64,000 nucleotides of DNA. Source: an uncultured Methanosarcinaceae archaeon (lineage in GTDB: Archaea > Halobacteriota > Methanosarcinia > Methanosarcinales > Methanosarcinaceae). Shown here one piece after another: positions 1-10,137 of this stretch. A program made the translations under genes and the position numbers. The stretch spans positions 224,001 to 288,000 of the forward strand of contig CAWJYV010000007.1 in NCBI GenBank assembly GCA_963847185.1, given 5' to 3'. The notes beneath the pieces are model-generated. The model ran no database searches and had not been told where the DNA came from. It was given only the letters and a program-made list of their open reading frames with translations. How positions within the stretch are numbered: position 1 is the first letter of the stretch; every line of letters begins with the position of its first letter.

Positions 1-583
1 AGTCTATTTTTTGCGTATTTTCCGCAGGGATGAACTCCAAGATTGCAGATCTTAGCTCATCTACCCCTTTTCCTTCGCTTGAAATTGTTCCGACGACCGG
101 GACTTCAAGGAGCCTGCTCAGTTTCTGAACATCTATTATTATTCCCCTTTCTTCAGCTTCGTCCATCATATTCAGGACGAGGATAAGGGGAAGCCCTGCT
201 TCAAGGAGCTGCAGTGTAAAAGAAAGCATGCGCCTTAGGTTACGGGCATCCACCACATGGAGGCAAACCAGGTTTTTTTCATCAAAGAGCAGACGCTGAG
301 ATACCCTTTCTTCTTCACTTACAGGGAGAAGAGAGTACATTCCTGGAGTGTCAATGATTTCATATTCTCTCTCTCCTATCTTTCCTTTTCCACGGCTGAT
401 CTCTACAGAAGTTCCTGGATAATTGGAAACTACAGTGTAGTTTCCGGATAGGACATTAAAGAGGCTGCTTTTTCCCACGTTTGGATTTCCAACAAGTACA
501 ATTTTCGGAAGCCCTTTTCCCGGGTTGCAGTCTCTTTTTCCGCGGCAACATTCCCCTTTAGGACAGATGAATGGTAATTTCAT
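1..583 (-). CDS. feoB: Ferrous iron transport protein B, N-terminal GTPase part (runs off window edge)
   Basis: Manual translation from ATG at 583: MKLPFICPKGECCRGK...KIVLVGNPNVGKS (G1), NYPGTSV (G2), DTPG (G3), NMMD (G4). Not in the ORF track because it is truncated. Confidence 0.9.
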   Translation of the reverse strand, partial: MKLPFICPKGECCRGKRDCNPGKGLPKIVLVGNPNVGKSSLFNVLSGNYTVVSNYPGTSVEISRGKGKIGEREYEIIDTPGMYSLLPVSEEERVSQRLLFDEKNLVCLHVVDARNLRRMLSFTLQLLEAGLPLILVLNMMDEAEERGIIIDVQKLSRLLEVPVVGTISSEGKGVDELRSAILEFIPAENTQKID

Positions 584-599
584 ATTTCTACTCTCATTT

Positions 600-646
600 T
601 TAGGTAAGCCTAATTTTCTCCTTTTTTCATATTTAGGCAAACCTAA
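600..646. promoter_or_regulatory. Two DtxR/IdeR-type palindromic operators upstream of feoB
   Basis: TTAGGTAAGCCTAA (600-613) and TTAGGCAAACCTAA (633-646), both TTAGG-N4-CCTAA, directly upstream of an iron-uptake gene. Confidence 0.7.
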
Positions 647-841
647 TATTTAAGGTTAACGCAGTTAACGCTGTTAATTCCGCAGTCACACTCTCTCACA
701 GTCTCGATTCTTTAATGAAACAATCTCAAAATTAGACCACTGAAAAATAGAGTTGAACTTTATTTAAGCAGCCAATAATCCTGTTGGCAATAATTTCCTG
801 CCTCAAAAGTCCGCAAATTTCCTTTTGAACCAACAGGCTGC

Positions 842-1633
842 TTACTTAGCTTTAATTTCGCTGCTCATATCTTTGTAATATTTGAATAGCTCTTCTCCCC
901 ACTTTATTGCTTCCTTATCAAAGCTTATTATATACTGCCGGTCAAACCTGCCGCTCTCACTAAAAAGCCCCAGGGTTACCATCCTGTCAGTTGAAGCAAT
1001 AAGTGCAGGAATCTCCACACCTTTCCTGTTAAAGATTAAAAGGCTGGTATTTCCCATTTTGAGGAATTCTTCTCCTTCTTTTTTGAAATCCTCTCTAAGT
1101 CGCAGGTAAACAGTTTCGTTTAATATAATTGAAACCTCAATTCCCTTTTTAGCCAGATCCAGAAAAAAAACCGGAAATTGAGGATGAAAATAGGAAAAGA
1201 ACAGATGGATGCGGTTTGAGTCTGAGAGATACTTAACAAATTCAGGGTGCAGATCAAAAGTATGGCTCAGGTCCGGTTCTATAAGGCTGTAATCTCCAAG
1301 CTCATTGATCCTTTTAATAAGATGAGGAGGAATGGGAGCAAGTTTTCTATCTGCCCAGAAGTCTTCATCTTTCTCAAAAACTTCAAGAGTCTTAAGAAGA
1401 GGTTGCATTTTTTCTACAATAATTTCTCCTACTATACTTAGCCTGTAAACTCCTTCTTTCTGTATTACAAGGTTTTCTTCTTTGAGCTTCTTTATCTGCG
1501 GAAGGAGGGCGGTTCTGGGAACTTGAAGTTCATCAAGTGCTTCTTCAATATTCTTGGGACCTTCTTTCAGGAGCAGGAGAAAATCTTTTCTCTTCTCAGA
1601 AAATAGGATAAGATCAAGCAAGCCGGGGTTCAT
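842..1633 (-). CDS. Winged-helix transcriptional regulator with C-terminal DUF1724-like domain
   Basis: N-terminal SEKRKDFLLLLKEGPK...LLPQIKKL wHTH; C-terminal EAIKWGEELFKYY typical of this methanogen family. Confidence 0.8.
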   Translation of the reverse strand: MNPGLLDLILFSEKRKDFLLLLKEGPKNIEEALDELQVPRTALLPQIKKLKEENLVIQKEGVYRLSIVGEIIVEKMQPLLKTLEVFEKDEDFWADRKLAPIPPHLIKRINELGDYSLIEPDLSHTFDLHPEFVKYLSDSNRIHLFFSYFHPQFPVFFLDLAKKGIEVSIILNETVYLRLREDFKKEGEEFLKMGNTSLLIFNRKGVEIPALIASTDRMVTLGLFSESGRFDRQYIISFDKEAIKWGEELFKYYKDMSSEIKAK

Positions 1634-2071
1634 TTTACAGTCACCTTCCGGAATTTGTGAAATCTAATTTTGTTTTCCGCTTTCGCTTTTTTCTTTCTTC
1701 GTGATGACTTCCGAATTCCTTATAAAGATGTCGAAATTGTTTGATAACTTAGTCCGCTCCTTATTAAATTGAGCAGAATTCAAAATTTAATGATTATGTA
1801 AAATCCGGATCTCTTCCTAATTGCAATAAATCAAAGAAACGGTAGTGGAAAGCTTGCCATAAGTCTGAAAACGAAGGTTTTCTAAAGAGAAGATAAAAGA
1901 TGATAAGAGACGATAAAAACAATAAGAAATGTCATAGATGATAAGAGATGATAAGAGATGACAAGAGAAATAAGAGATACCAGAGAAGACAGGAGCCGAT
2001 AAGAGAGGACTAATCTATTGTTTTTCATCTTAGGAAAATTAGATATAGATGCTAATTAAAAAGAGGGGAAT

Positions 2072-2139
2072 CTGCTTTAAGGAGGAACCTTCTTTAAGGA
2101 GGAACCTGCTTTAAGGAGGAACCTGCTTTAAGGAGGAAC
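2072..2139. repeat. Tandem repeat, 4 x 17 bp (CTGCTTTAAGGAGGAAC)
   Basis: Four head-to-tail units with one substitution in unit 2; an imperfect GATAAGAGA-type array also lies at ~1892-2006. Confidence 0.9.
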
Positions 2140-2351
2140 CTGTTTCAATGATAAAAGCTTCCAGAAGGGGGCAATTTTTCCCTGTTAGTTCTATAATTTT
2201 TTTAACAGATCATAATACAGATAATTATAATAAAAGTGATATTACTAATAATACAAATATTTCCAATACAAATATTTCCCTTATTAGTGGAATGCAAATA
2301 TTTCCTTTATTGGTAGTGTAAATTTGCTAATCATAAGTGTGAGGAAGGGTA

Positions 2352-2612
2352 ATGGATAAAGAAAAATTATATCAGTTGAAATCCGAAGCAAACCAGCTAA
2401 CTCCTATTCTTAATATCGGAAAAAATGGAATAACCGATACCTTGATCGAAGAACTCAGTAAACAAATAAAAGCCAACAGGCTTGTAAAGGTAAGGGTTCT
2501 GAAAAGTGCTGAAGAAGGAAAGGATCTGAAGACTCTTGCAGAAGAAATTGCAAATGCTACAAGATCCACATTAATAGAAGTGCGTGGAAGGACAGTAGTA
2601 TTGTACAGGTAA
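2352..2612 (+). CDS. yhbY: YhbY/CRM-domain RNA-binding protein
   Basis: PILNIGKNG, LVKVRVL and GRTVVLYR motifs; 86 aa. Confidence 0.9.
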   Translation: MDKEKLYQLKSEANQLTPILNIGKNGITDTLIEELSKQIKANRLVKVRVLKSAEEGKDLKTLAEEIANATRSTLIEVRGRTVVLYR

Positions 2613-3090
2613 ATTATTCCCTTGATCGGGTCTATGTCATTGTTTTTACTTATTAGCCAGCCTTTGAGAATGAAAGCCCTGACTTTTACTTAAAAAGAAC
2701 AATTTTCTGTCTCTTAAAATAAAGAATAAAGTTTTTCTGTAGAATTACCTATAGGTTAAGACCCATAAATAAGGGTCTGCCTTCAATACAACATTATTAT
2801 ATATCTCGTAGATATTGTGTAGATTGTTTGTGTTACAGGAGTAACTTTAGTCGTAAAAATTTGTTTCATATAAATTACAGATACTTCATTATTTCACTAT
2901 TTCAGGTTAATTCCCCCATGGCCTGTATAAAATTGACTGATTTACAAAAATTAACGAATTAGTTGACTTATCACACATGTACCTAATATGCCTGGAAATT
3001 CCTTGAAACGGTTGAGCTGGGGTATTTCTGCTTTCCTTTTGCCTTCTATACAGTGGGGCAGAGCCAACCCTATCCCCCGGAGAGATTGCT

Positions 3091-5868
3091 ATGCTTGAAG
3101 ATGAATATCAACTTGATTTTTTCAAAAATAACGGCTTTGTCCGAAAGCAGTGCCAGAAATGTGGCAAGTTCTTCTGGACACGTGACCTTGATAGAACTAC
3201 ATGCGGAGATGCACCCTGTGACCCCTATACCTTTATAGGGAGCCCGGTCTTTTCCAGAGAATTCGATATCTCACAGATGCGTGAGTATTACCTCTCTTTC
3301 TTTGAAGCGAGAGGGCACACAAGGATTGACCGCTATCCTGTAGTTGCCCGCTGGAGGGATGACCTTTATCTTACCATTGCATCCATTGCAGACTTCCAGC
3401 CCTTCGTGACATCCGGCCAGGTTCCTCCCCCTGCAAATCCCCTCACAATTTCCCAGCCCTGTATTCGCCTGAACGATCTGGACTCGGTAGGCAGGAGCGG
3501 GCGCCATCTTACAACCTTTGAGATGATGGCGCATCACGCCTTTAATAAAAGGGATCATGAGATCTACTGGAAGGAACATACCCTGGAACTCTGTGACGAG
3601 CTCCTGAACTCACTTAAGCTAGATCCCCTTGCAGTCAGTTACAAGGAAGAACCCTGGGCAGGCGGAGGTAATGCAGGACCCTGTGTGGAGGTTCTGGTGC
3701 ACGGGCTAGAGCTTGCAACCCTTGTCTTCATGGATCTGAAGACCGACAAAAAGGGAGAGATCCTGATAAAAGGCGAGAAGTACTCCAAGATGGACAACTA
3801 CATCGTGGACACCGGATATGGTCTTGAGCGTTTTACCTGGGCTTCAAAGGGCTCCCCTACAATCTATGATGCCCTCTTCCCTGGCATAGTAAATGAGCTC
3901 ATGGGACTTGCCGGAATTGAACATGAACTTGATAACTCCGAGTATGCGAACATCCTGGCCCAGAACGCAAAGCTTGCCGGATTTATGGATGTCAGCGAGA
4001 AGGCAAACCTGATGGAGCTGAGGAAAAAGGTTGCTTCAAGCATCGGAATGACAGTGGATAAGCTCTCGGCAATCATGGAACCCGTAGAAAAAGTCTATGC
4101 TATCACTGACCACACCCGCTGTCTGACTTTCATGCTTGGAGATGGAATTATTCCCTCCAATGTCAAAGCAGGATACCTTGCTCGCCTTGTCCTCAGGAGA
4201 ACTTTACGGATGATGGGTGATCTTGATATCAGAATTCCCCTCTCAGAAATTGTGGACATGCACATAAAGAACATGCCCGAGTATCCCGATTTCAGGGAAA
4301 ACTTCTCTGTCATACAGGATATTCTGGAGTCTGAAGAAGAGAAATTCAATGCCACCATGGAAAGGGGACGAAGGATTATTCAGAAATCAGCTTCTCATTT
4401 TAAGAAGAGCGGGGAAAAAATTCCTCTGTCCCAGTTAACCGAACTCTATGATTCCCACGGAATCCCACCAGAGATGGCAAAGGAAGTAGCTTCTGAAATC
4501 GGGGTTGGCGTTGAATTCCCTGACAATTTCTATTCAATTGTTGGTGAGATGCATAATAAGGCAGAAGAAAAAGAAGCAGTAGTTATTCCTTTTGCCGAGC
4601 GGCTCAAACACCTTCCAAAAACAAAGCGCCGCTTCTATGACGAACCCACCAGGCTGGAATTCGAAGCTGTCGCTCTGGATGTCTTTGATAACCATATAGT
4701 GCTTGACAACACTTTCTTCTATGCCGAAGGTGGAGGGCAGCCTGCAGACGTCGGAACAATCACAGCTGGCTATGCTATTTACAGGGTAGTTGATGTCCAG
4801 GTCTATGACGGTGTAATCGTACATACGGTAGCAAATCCGGATGGAGACCTTGAAATCACTAAAGGCGACATTGTCACAGGGAAGGTAGATGAAGAGCGCA
4901 GGATGTCCCTTGCCAGACACCACACAGCAACTCATATCGTAAACGATGCAGCCAGAAAAGTTCTGGGAAAACATATCTGGCAGGCTGGTGCCCAGAAATT
5001 TGAGGATCATTCGAGACTTGACCTTTCTCACTACAAGCATATCTCCCCTGAAGAAATTAGACAAATCGAGATTCTGGCCAACCGTACGGTTATGGAAAAC
5101 AAGCGTGTAGTAACAGAATGGATGCCGAGAACTGAAGCCGAGCAGGAATACGGATTTGGGCTCTATCAGGGTGGAGTGCCTCCAGGAGACATGATCAGGA
5201 TTGTAAAGGTTGGAGACGATGTCGAAGCCTGTGGGGGTACTCACTGTGTTAGCACGGGAATTATCGGTCCTATTAAAATTCTGAAAACCGAAAGGATCCA
5301 GGACGGCGTGGAAAGAGTAGAATTTGCGGCCGGTATTGCAGCTGTCCGTGCAATTCAAAAGATGGAGTCTCTTCTTTCCGATTCTGCAAAGATTCTGAGT
5401 GTACCTCCGGACCATCTTCCCCCAAGTGTCGATCGTTTCTTTGGGGAATGGAAAGACCTCAAAAAAGAAAACGAGAGGCTCAAGGAAGAACTTGCAGGTT
5501 CCAGAGTTTACAGGCTGCTTGGAGAAGCTTCCGAGTTTTCCGGTCTCAAGATTGTTTCACAATTTATTCCTGGGGCTGATTCCCTTGAGCTTCAGAAAAT
5601 AGCCACTGAATTTCTGAAACACGAAGAAATCGTAGCCCTTCTTGCAAGTGATTTTGAAGGAGTTAAGATTGTAACCGCTGTTGGCGATAAAGCCATAAAA
5701 TGCGGGGTCAACGCCGGAAATCTTGTCCGTGAGATGTCAAAGATTGTCAGCGGAGGCGGCGGGGGAAAACCTGCCCTTGCAATGGGTGGCGGAACTGATC
5801 CCACCAGAATTCAGGATGCTCTTGCCCATGGCCTTAAGCTCGTAAATGAGATGTGCAAGAAAGCCTGA
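3091..5868 (+). CDS. alaS: Alanine--tRNA ligase (archaeal type)
   Basis: N-terminal Zn ribbon, DTGYGLER, editing domain HHTATH...EACGGTH, C-terminal GGGGG of DHHA1. Confidence 0.98.
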   Translation: MLEDEYQLDFFKNNGFVRKQCQKCGKFFWTRDLDRTTCGDAPCDPYTFIGSPVFSREFDISQMREYYLSFFEARGHTRIDRYPVVARWRDDLYLTIASIADFQPFVTSGQVPPPANPLTISQPCIRLNDLDSVGRSGRHLTTFEMMAHHAFNKRDHEIYWKEHTLELCDELLNSLKLDPLAVSYKEEPWAGGGNAGPCVEVLVHGLELATLVFMDLKTDKKGEILIKGEKYSKMDNYIVDTGYGLERFTWASKGSPTIYDALFPGIVNELMGLAGIEHELDNSEYANILAQNAKLAGFMDVSEKANLMELRKKVASSIGMTVDKLSAIMEPVEKVYAITDHTRCLTFMLGDGIIPSNVKAGYLARLVLRRTLRMMGDLDIRIPLSEIVDMHIKNMPEYPDFRENFSVIQDILESEEEKFNATMERGRRIIQKSASHFKKSGEKIPLSQLTELYDSHGIPPEMAKEVASEIGVGVEFPDNFYSIVGEMHNKAEEKEAVVIPFAERLKHLPKTKRRFYDEPTRLEFEAVALDVFDNHIVLDNTFFYAEGGGQPADVGTITAGYAIYRVVDVQVYDGVIVHTVANPDGDLEITKGDIVTGKVDEERRMSLARHHTATHIVNDAARKVLGKHIWQAGAQKFEDHSRLDLSHYKHISPEEIRQIEILANRTVMENKRVVTEWMPRTEAEQEYGFGLYQGGVPPGDMIRIVKVGDDVEACGGTHCVSTGIIGPIKILKTERIQDGVERVEFAAGIAAVRAIQKMESLLSDSAKILSVPPDHLPPSVDRFFGEWKDLKKENERLKEELAGSRVYRLLGEASEFSGLKIVSQFIPGADSLELQKIATEFLKHEEIVALLASDFEGVKIVTAVGDKAIKCGVNAGNLVREMSKIVSGGGGGKPALAMGGGTDPTRIQDALAHGLKLVNEMCKKA

Positions 5869-5957
5869 TAAATCAAATACTCGAAATAAACTGACGAAAT
5901 AATGAAATAAATTGAAGAAATAATCAATATAAACCGAAGAAATAATCAAAATAAATG

Positions 5958-5984
5958 CCGGGTTTTTAAACCCCGGTTTTTATT
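5958..5984. terminator. Hairpin plus T-tract between convergent genes
   Basis: CCGGG-TTTTTAAAC-CCCGG followed by TTTTT. Confidence 0.55.
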
Positions 5985-6105
5985 TTATTTTTTTGGCTTT
6001 CTTAACTCTAAATTTAGCAATCAACTGTTTTCTACTTTGCTTTCTTACTTTCAGATTTTTCCAACCAATTGCTTTTAAGCCGTTAGCTTTTCAGTCGTCA
6101 GCATT

Positions 6106-7146
6106 TCAGTCGTTAAAAAATACTTCACAGAGAATTGCAGTGTTATTTTTTACGAAAAGGTGTACCGTCTTTTTTCCTTCAAGCCCTTTTTCAACCTCGT
6201 TTCGGACTTCCCAATATTCTTCGGGTTTTACGCCTGCCCTGAGTACAACACTCCCGACATTTTTATCTTTCAGGAATTTGTTGATCTCCCCTGGTTCAAA
6301 AGGACAGACTTTGAGGACCAGATAATGTTGTTTAATCATTGATTGTTTTATTAGAGCATCCGAGGTCAGTAAAACTCTCTTTTTGTCAACTTTGAAAAGT
6401 TCGAAGGCTCCCATAATCGGCCCTGCCATTTGTTTCATAGATTCTACAAGTTCAGGCAGTAGTTCTGCTGCAACTACTGAGGGTTCAGGCTCATAGGCGA
6501 AAAGTTTTATTTTCTCGGTTTCTCTGGGCTGGGGAAGCAGTATATCCTTTGAAACCAGTCCTTCGCCTGCAGGAAGCGCCACAGCAATTCGCTCATATTG
6601 CTTCAGCCAGCCGAAGTAAAGGGTCAGGCGGTTGAGCTGGCCATCCAGGGAAATGTACTCTTTTTCGCAGTTAAAAGGAATTCTTTCAGGCGGCATCTGA
6701 GGAGGAGCTTCAAAGGCAAAATTTTTCGTCTTATCCCCGTATGCCGAAAGTACATTAGGAATCCCTGGCTCAAGGCAAGAGACCTGTCTTTCTTTTTCTT
6801 CAGCCGGGCGGAAAGGATCCGAAAATACTACATCAACTGCCGGAATTTGCTCTATTACTTTTGGATCAAGGGCGTCCCCACAAATGAATTTCACATTTTC
6901 AAGCCCGTACATCTCACAGTTTTGCTTGGCATACTCGATTTTCTTGGGGTCGATTTCCACTGCATAAACGAACTCACACTGCTGTGCAAAAAAGACAGTC
7001 TGCCCCCCTATTCCACAGCTGATGTCAGCCAGAGTCTTACATCTCAGGCGATCTGCTCTATATCGAGCAATAGGTTCAGGGGTTGCAAAACGCAGGCTTT
7101 CCTTATCCCCGTGCAGGGGCTTCTCAAATTGTTTTCTCCGTGCCAC
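6106..7146 (-). CDS. Class I SAM-dependent (probably RNA) methyltransferase with THUMP-like C-terminus
   Basis: ADISCGIGG motif I, VEID, FSDP motif IV; RFATPEPIA resembles Tgs1-like methyltransferases. Confidence 0.75.
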   Translation of the reverse strand: MARRKQFEKPLHGDKESLRFATPEPIARYRADRLRCKTLADISCGIGGQTVFFAQQCEFVYAVEIDPKKIEYAKQNCEMYGLENVKFICGDALDPKVIEQIPAVDVVFSDPFRPAEEKERQVSCLEPGIPNVLSAYGDKTKNFAFEAPPQMPPERIPFNCEKEYISLDGQLNRLTLYFGWLKQYERIAVALPAGEGLVSKDILLPQPRETEKIKLFAYEPEPSVVAAELLPELVESMKQMAGPIMGAFELFKVDKKRVLLTSDALIKQSMIKQHYLVLKVCPFEPGEINKFLKDKNVGSVVLRAGVKPEEYWEVRNEVEKGLEGKKTVHLFVKNNTAILCEVFFND

Positions 7147-7289
7147 TTCAATCAGGAAATAGTAGATAGTTTATGGGATTTAAAGGCAACTGAAAAAGAA
7201 GATTACATAGCTTTCTGAGTTTAATCCCTGTTATGGTAGAGTTCAAAAATTAAAAATAGAATAATGGCTCAGAGCCGGAAACATTAATT

Positions 7290-7592
7290 TTATTTTTTCC
7301 ATTTCTCTATTTGTTCTTCACGCCACCTCTCGATTGCTTTCCAGATAGGCAAAGGATCAATGCCATGAACTTTAATATATTCCTCTCGCATATACTCGTT
7401 CATATTGCCATCTACAAAGCGTAATGTAGCCTGGTCTGCCATCAGTCTTGCTCCTGTCGGTACTGCTGCAGGATTTAAGCAAACTTCTGCACAGTAGCGC
7501 CATTCCTCTCCATCGCCTATTGATTCTATTCTGAACGGTTTTCCACAGTTTGGACAGACTCCAATCATCGTCTGATCATCTTTCTTGTCCAT
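7290..7592 (-). CDS. Hypothetical protein with N-terminal CxxC
   Basis: 100-aa ORF, AGAGGGGG RBS-like sequence, CPNCGK and CAEVC motifs. Confidence 0.65.
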   Translation of the reverse strand: MDKKDDQTMIGVCPNCGKPFRIESIGDGEEWRYCAEVCLNPAAVPTGARLMADQATLRFVDGNMNEYMREEYIKVHGIDPLPIWKAIERWREEQIEKWKK

Positions 7593-7725
7593 AATTTCCC
7601 CCCTCTGGCTGAAAAAATGCCATTCATTTAAGTATTGAATATTCAGTATTGTATTACAATATTTATATTCATTTTTGCATATTATTTTTTATATGTCCTT
7701 TTTGCCCATAATCTAAATCCTTGTT

Positions 7726-8031
7726 TTAAAGAATCTCCACTTCCTGAATTGTCATAAGTTCTTTTCCTACAATTTCTCGCAGTTGTGGAACAAGAGATCT
7801 TATTTTTTCTTCGCTATCCACGGCTTCTACAATTACAGGAAGCTCGCTACTTAATTCCAGAATTTTCAAGGTATGAATCTTTCCGTTTTTTCCGTACCCT
7901 TCGATTCCTCTGAGCAGGGTTGCGCCCCTTATGCCGGAATCACGCAAAAGTTCGAGAATTGCTTCATGAGCAGACTTTCCTTGGTAGGTTGCGTTTTGTT
8001 TCAGGTAGATGCGGAGAAGTGCAGATGGCAT
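7726..8031 (-). CDS. DUF190 (PII-like) protein
   Basis: LLRIYL, GATLLRGIEGYG and LPVIVEAVD motifs. Confidence 0.85.
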   Translation of the reverse strand: MPSALLRIYLKQNATYQGKSAHEAILELLRDSGIRGATLLRGIEGYGKNGKIHTLKILELSSELPVIVEAVDSEEKIRSLVPQLREIVGKELMTIQEVEIL

Positions 8032-8196
8032 GATTAAACCTCAAATGTGAGTTTCTTGAAAAACTAATTTTCTTTTTATTCTCCAATAAAGGGTGCAAAT
8101 TTGATCAAAAATGGGGTCTGAGTTTACAAAAATGAGCTGGAAAATCTCAACTATTTTATGTGAGTGAGAAAAGAAAATAATGAAGGGAGGAGTGAA

Positions 8197-9324
8197 TTAT
8201 TTTCCCTTTATTATCCTTGCAATGTCATCTCCGACATCTGAAGTGGTGCTCTTGCCGCCCATGTCATAGGTTTTGACTTTGCTGTCCAGGATATTTTTCT
8301 GGATTGCATTGACTATAGTATCTGCGGCTTCCTTTTGTCCTAGCTGTTCTATGAGCATGGCACCTGCCCAGATTGTAGCAATAGGGTTGACTTTGTTCTG
8401 GCCCTTGTATTTCGGGGCTGAGCCGTGGATAGGCTCAAACATACTTGTGCCTTTGGGATTGATGTTTCCGCCTGGAGCAAGGCCGAGGCCGCCCTGGATC
8501 ATGGCTCCGAGATCAGTGATTATATCTCCGAACATGTTCGGGGTCACGACAACATCGAACCATTCAGGATTTTTCACAAACCACATAGTAATGGCATCAA
8601 CGAAGTTGAAGTCTGTAGTAACATCTGGATGTTTTGCAGAGACCGCATTGAATTCTTCCCTCCAGAAGCCGTAGATATCAGAAAGGACATTTGCTTTGTC
8701 CACAGAGGAGACGTGCTTTTTCCTTTTTTCGGCAAGGTCAAAAGCGTACTCAACGACTCTTTTTGTGCCTTCTTTGGAGATCAGGCCTATCTGGTACCCT
8801 ATTTCTTCGCTGTCGGTCTCTATATCAAGGCCGAATTTTGCGGAGTAAAGTGTCCTTTTTACTTCAAGGAGGTTTTTGCTCTCTCCTTTCTTTGCTCTGC
8901 CTCCGATTCCTATGTAGAAGTCCTCGGTGTTTTCCCTGACCACTACAAAGTCGATATCCTTTGAGGTTTTGTCTTTGAGCGGGGTCCAGACACCTTCGAG
9001 GAGTTTTATAGGGCGAAGGTTGACGTACTGGTCAAAGTAAAAACGTGCAGTTAATAAGATTCCTTTTTCAAGAATCCCGGGAGCAATCCTCGGGTCTCCG
9101 ATGGAACCAAGGTAAATGGCAGGGTAGCCTGATAATTCCTTTAAGGTCTCTTCTGAAATCAGCTCTCCTGTCTCAAGGTAATGATCTGCTCCGTGGGGGT
9201 ATTCAATCCATTCTACATCAAAACCAAATCTTTCGCCTGCTGCATCTATAACTTTTCTGCCTTCGGCGATGATTTCTGGGCCTATCCCGTCACCTGGGAG
9301 GACCGGAATCTTATACTGCGTCAT
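8197..9324 (-). CDS. leuB: 3-isopropylmalate dehydrogenase (isocitrate/isopropylmalate dehydrogenase family)
   Basis: [34 protein letters not shown]; adjacent to leuD. Confidence 0.85.
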   Translation of the reverse strand: MTQYKIPVLPGDGIGPEIIAEGRKVIDAAGERFGFDVEWIEYPHGADHYLETGELISEETLKELSGYPAIYLGSIGDPRIAPGILEKGILLTARFYFDQYVNLRPIKLLEGVWTPLKDKTSKDIDFVVVRENTEDFYIGIGGRAKKGESKNLLEVKRTLYSAKFGLDIETDSEEIGYQIGLISKEGTKRVVEYAFDLAEKRKKHVSSVDKANVLSDIYGFWREEFNAVSAKHPDVTTDFNFVDAITMWFVKNPEWFDVVVTPNMFGDIITDLGAMIQGGLGLAPGGNINPKGTSMFEPIHGSAPKYKGQNKVNPIATIWAGAMLIEQLGQKEAADTIVNAIQKNILDSKVKTYDMGGKSTTSDVGDDIARIIKGK

Positions 9325-9419
9325 GTTTATACTCCTTTCGATTTTTCAGGCAAATTTGCCTTTTTTATTGTGAGATATCAAACGCGAACAGGACTGTTTC
9401 TGAACAGATTTCCTGTTTC

Positions 9420-9908
9420 TCAGCGCTCAGAGACCATTTTCCTGGCATATTCTATAAGTCCTCCAGCATCCACGATCTCACGAACAAAATCAGGAAGCGG
9501 AGTTGCCCGATAGGTCTCTCCTTTTGTTTTGTTTTCAATAATTCCCGTTGCAAGGTCTATTTCAAGTTCATCTCCGTCGTCTATCCTGTCAGTATCAGGA
9601 CATTCCAGGAGAGGAACTCCGATATTTATTGCGTTCCTGAAAAAGATCCTTGCAAAAGACTTTGCGATAACACAGGCTACCTTTGACCCTTTCAGGGCGA
9701 GGGGCGCATGTTCGCGCGAGGATCCACAGCCAAAATTGCTTCCGGCAACCACGATATCATTTTCGTGAACTTTCTTTGCAAATTCAGGGCGTACTCCCTC
9801 AAATGTGTATTTTGCAAGCTCTTCCGGGGTATTGAAAATAAGGTACCTTCCGGGAATTACCGCATCAGTATCCACGTCATTTCCGAATTTCCAGGCTCTT
9901 CCTTTCAT
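9420..9908 (-). CDS. leuD: 3-isopropylmalate dehydratase small subunit
   Basis: [38 protein letters not shown]. Confidence 0.85.
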   Translation of the reverse strand: MKGRAWKFGNDVDTDAVIPGRYLIFNTPEELAKYTFEGVRPEFAKKVHENDIVVAGSNFGCGSSREHAPLALKGSKVACVIAKSFARIFFRNAINIGVPLLECPDTDRIDDGDELEIDLATGIIENKTKGETYRATPLPDFVREIVDAGGLIEYARKMVSER

Positions 9909-10137
9909 AACATCACCACTGGTTTACTGCAACTAAATGCTATTGTTAGAATAATTACAGCCTGTAACTCAGCTGCATTAATAGGGTTGAAGTATCACAG
10001 CTAATATTTAAATTATTTTCTGGCAGGCTATAAAAAATGGTTAACAATTCCCCTCATGGTTACTTCCTAACTCTTATTCTTTACATTTCTCGGAGAAATT
10101 TAAAAATAAGTTCCTTTGTTCGTAGAATTGTTATTTT

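Noticed and set aside
2072-2139. Possible CRISPR array
   Set aside because: The 17-bp units are head-to-tail with no spacers, and there are no cas genes in the window.
4534-5415. 293-aa antisense ORF in alaS, and similar antisense ORFs over leuB, map, YVTN genes and glmM
   Set aside because: Shadow frames of well-supported genes with no recognisable motifs.
5868-6120. Short imperfect repeats (GAAATAA, TTTCAGTCGT) around gene ends
   Set aside because: Low-complexity slippage duplications seen in many intergenic regions of this window; no distinct structure.
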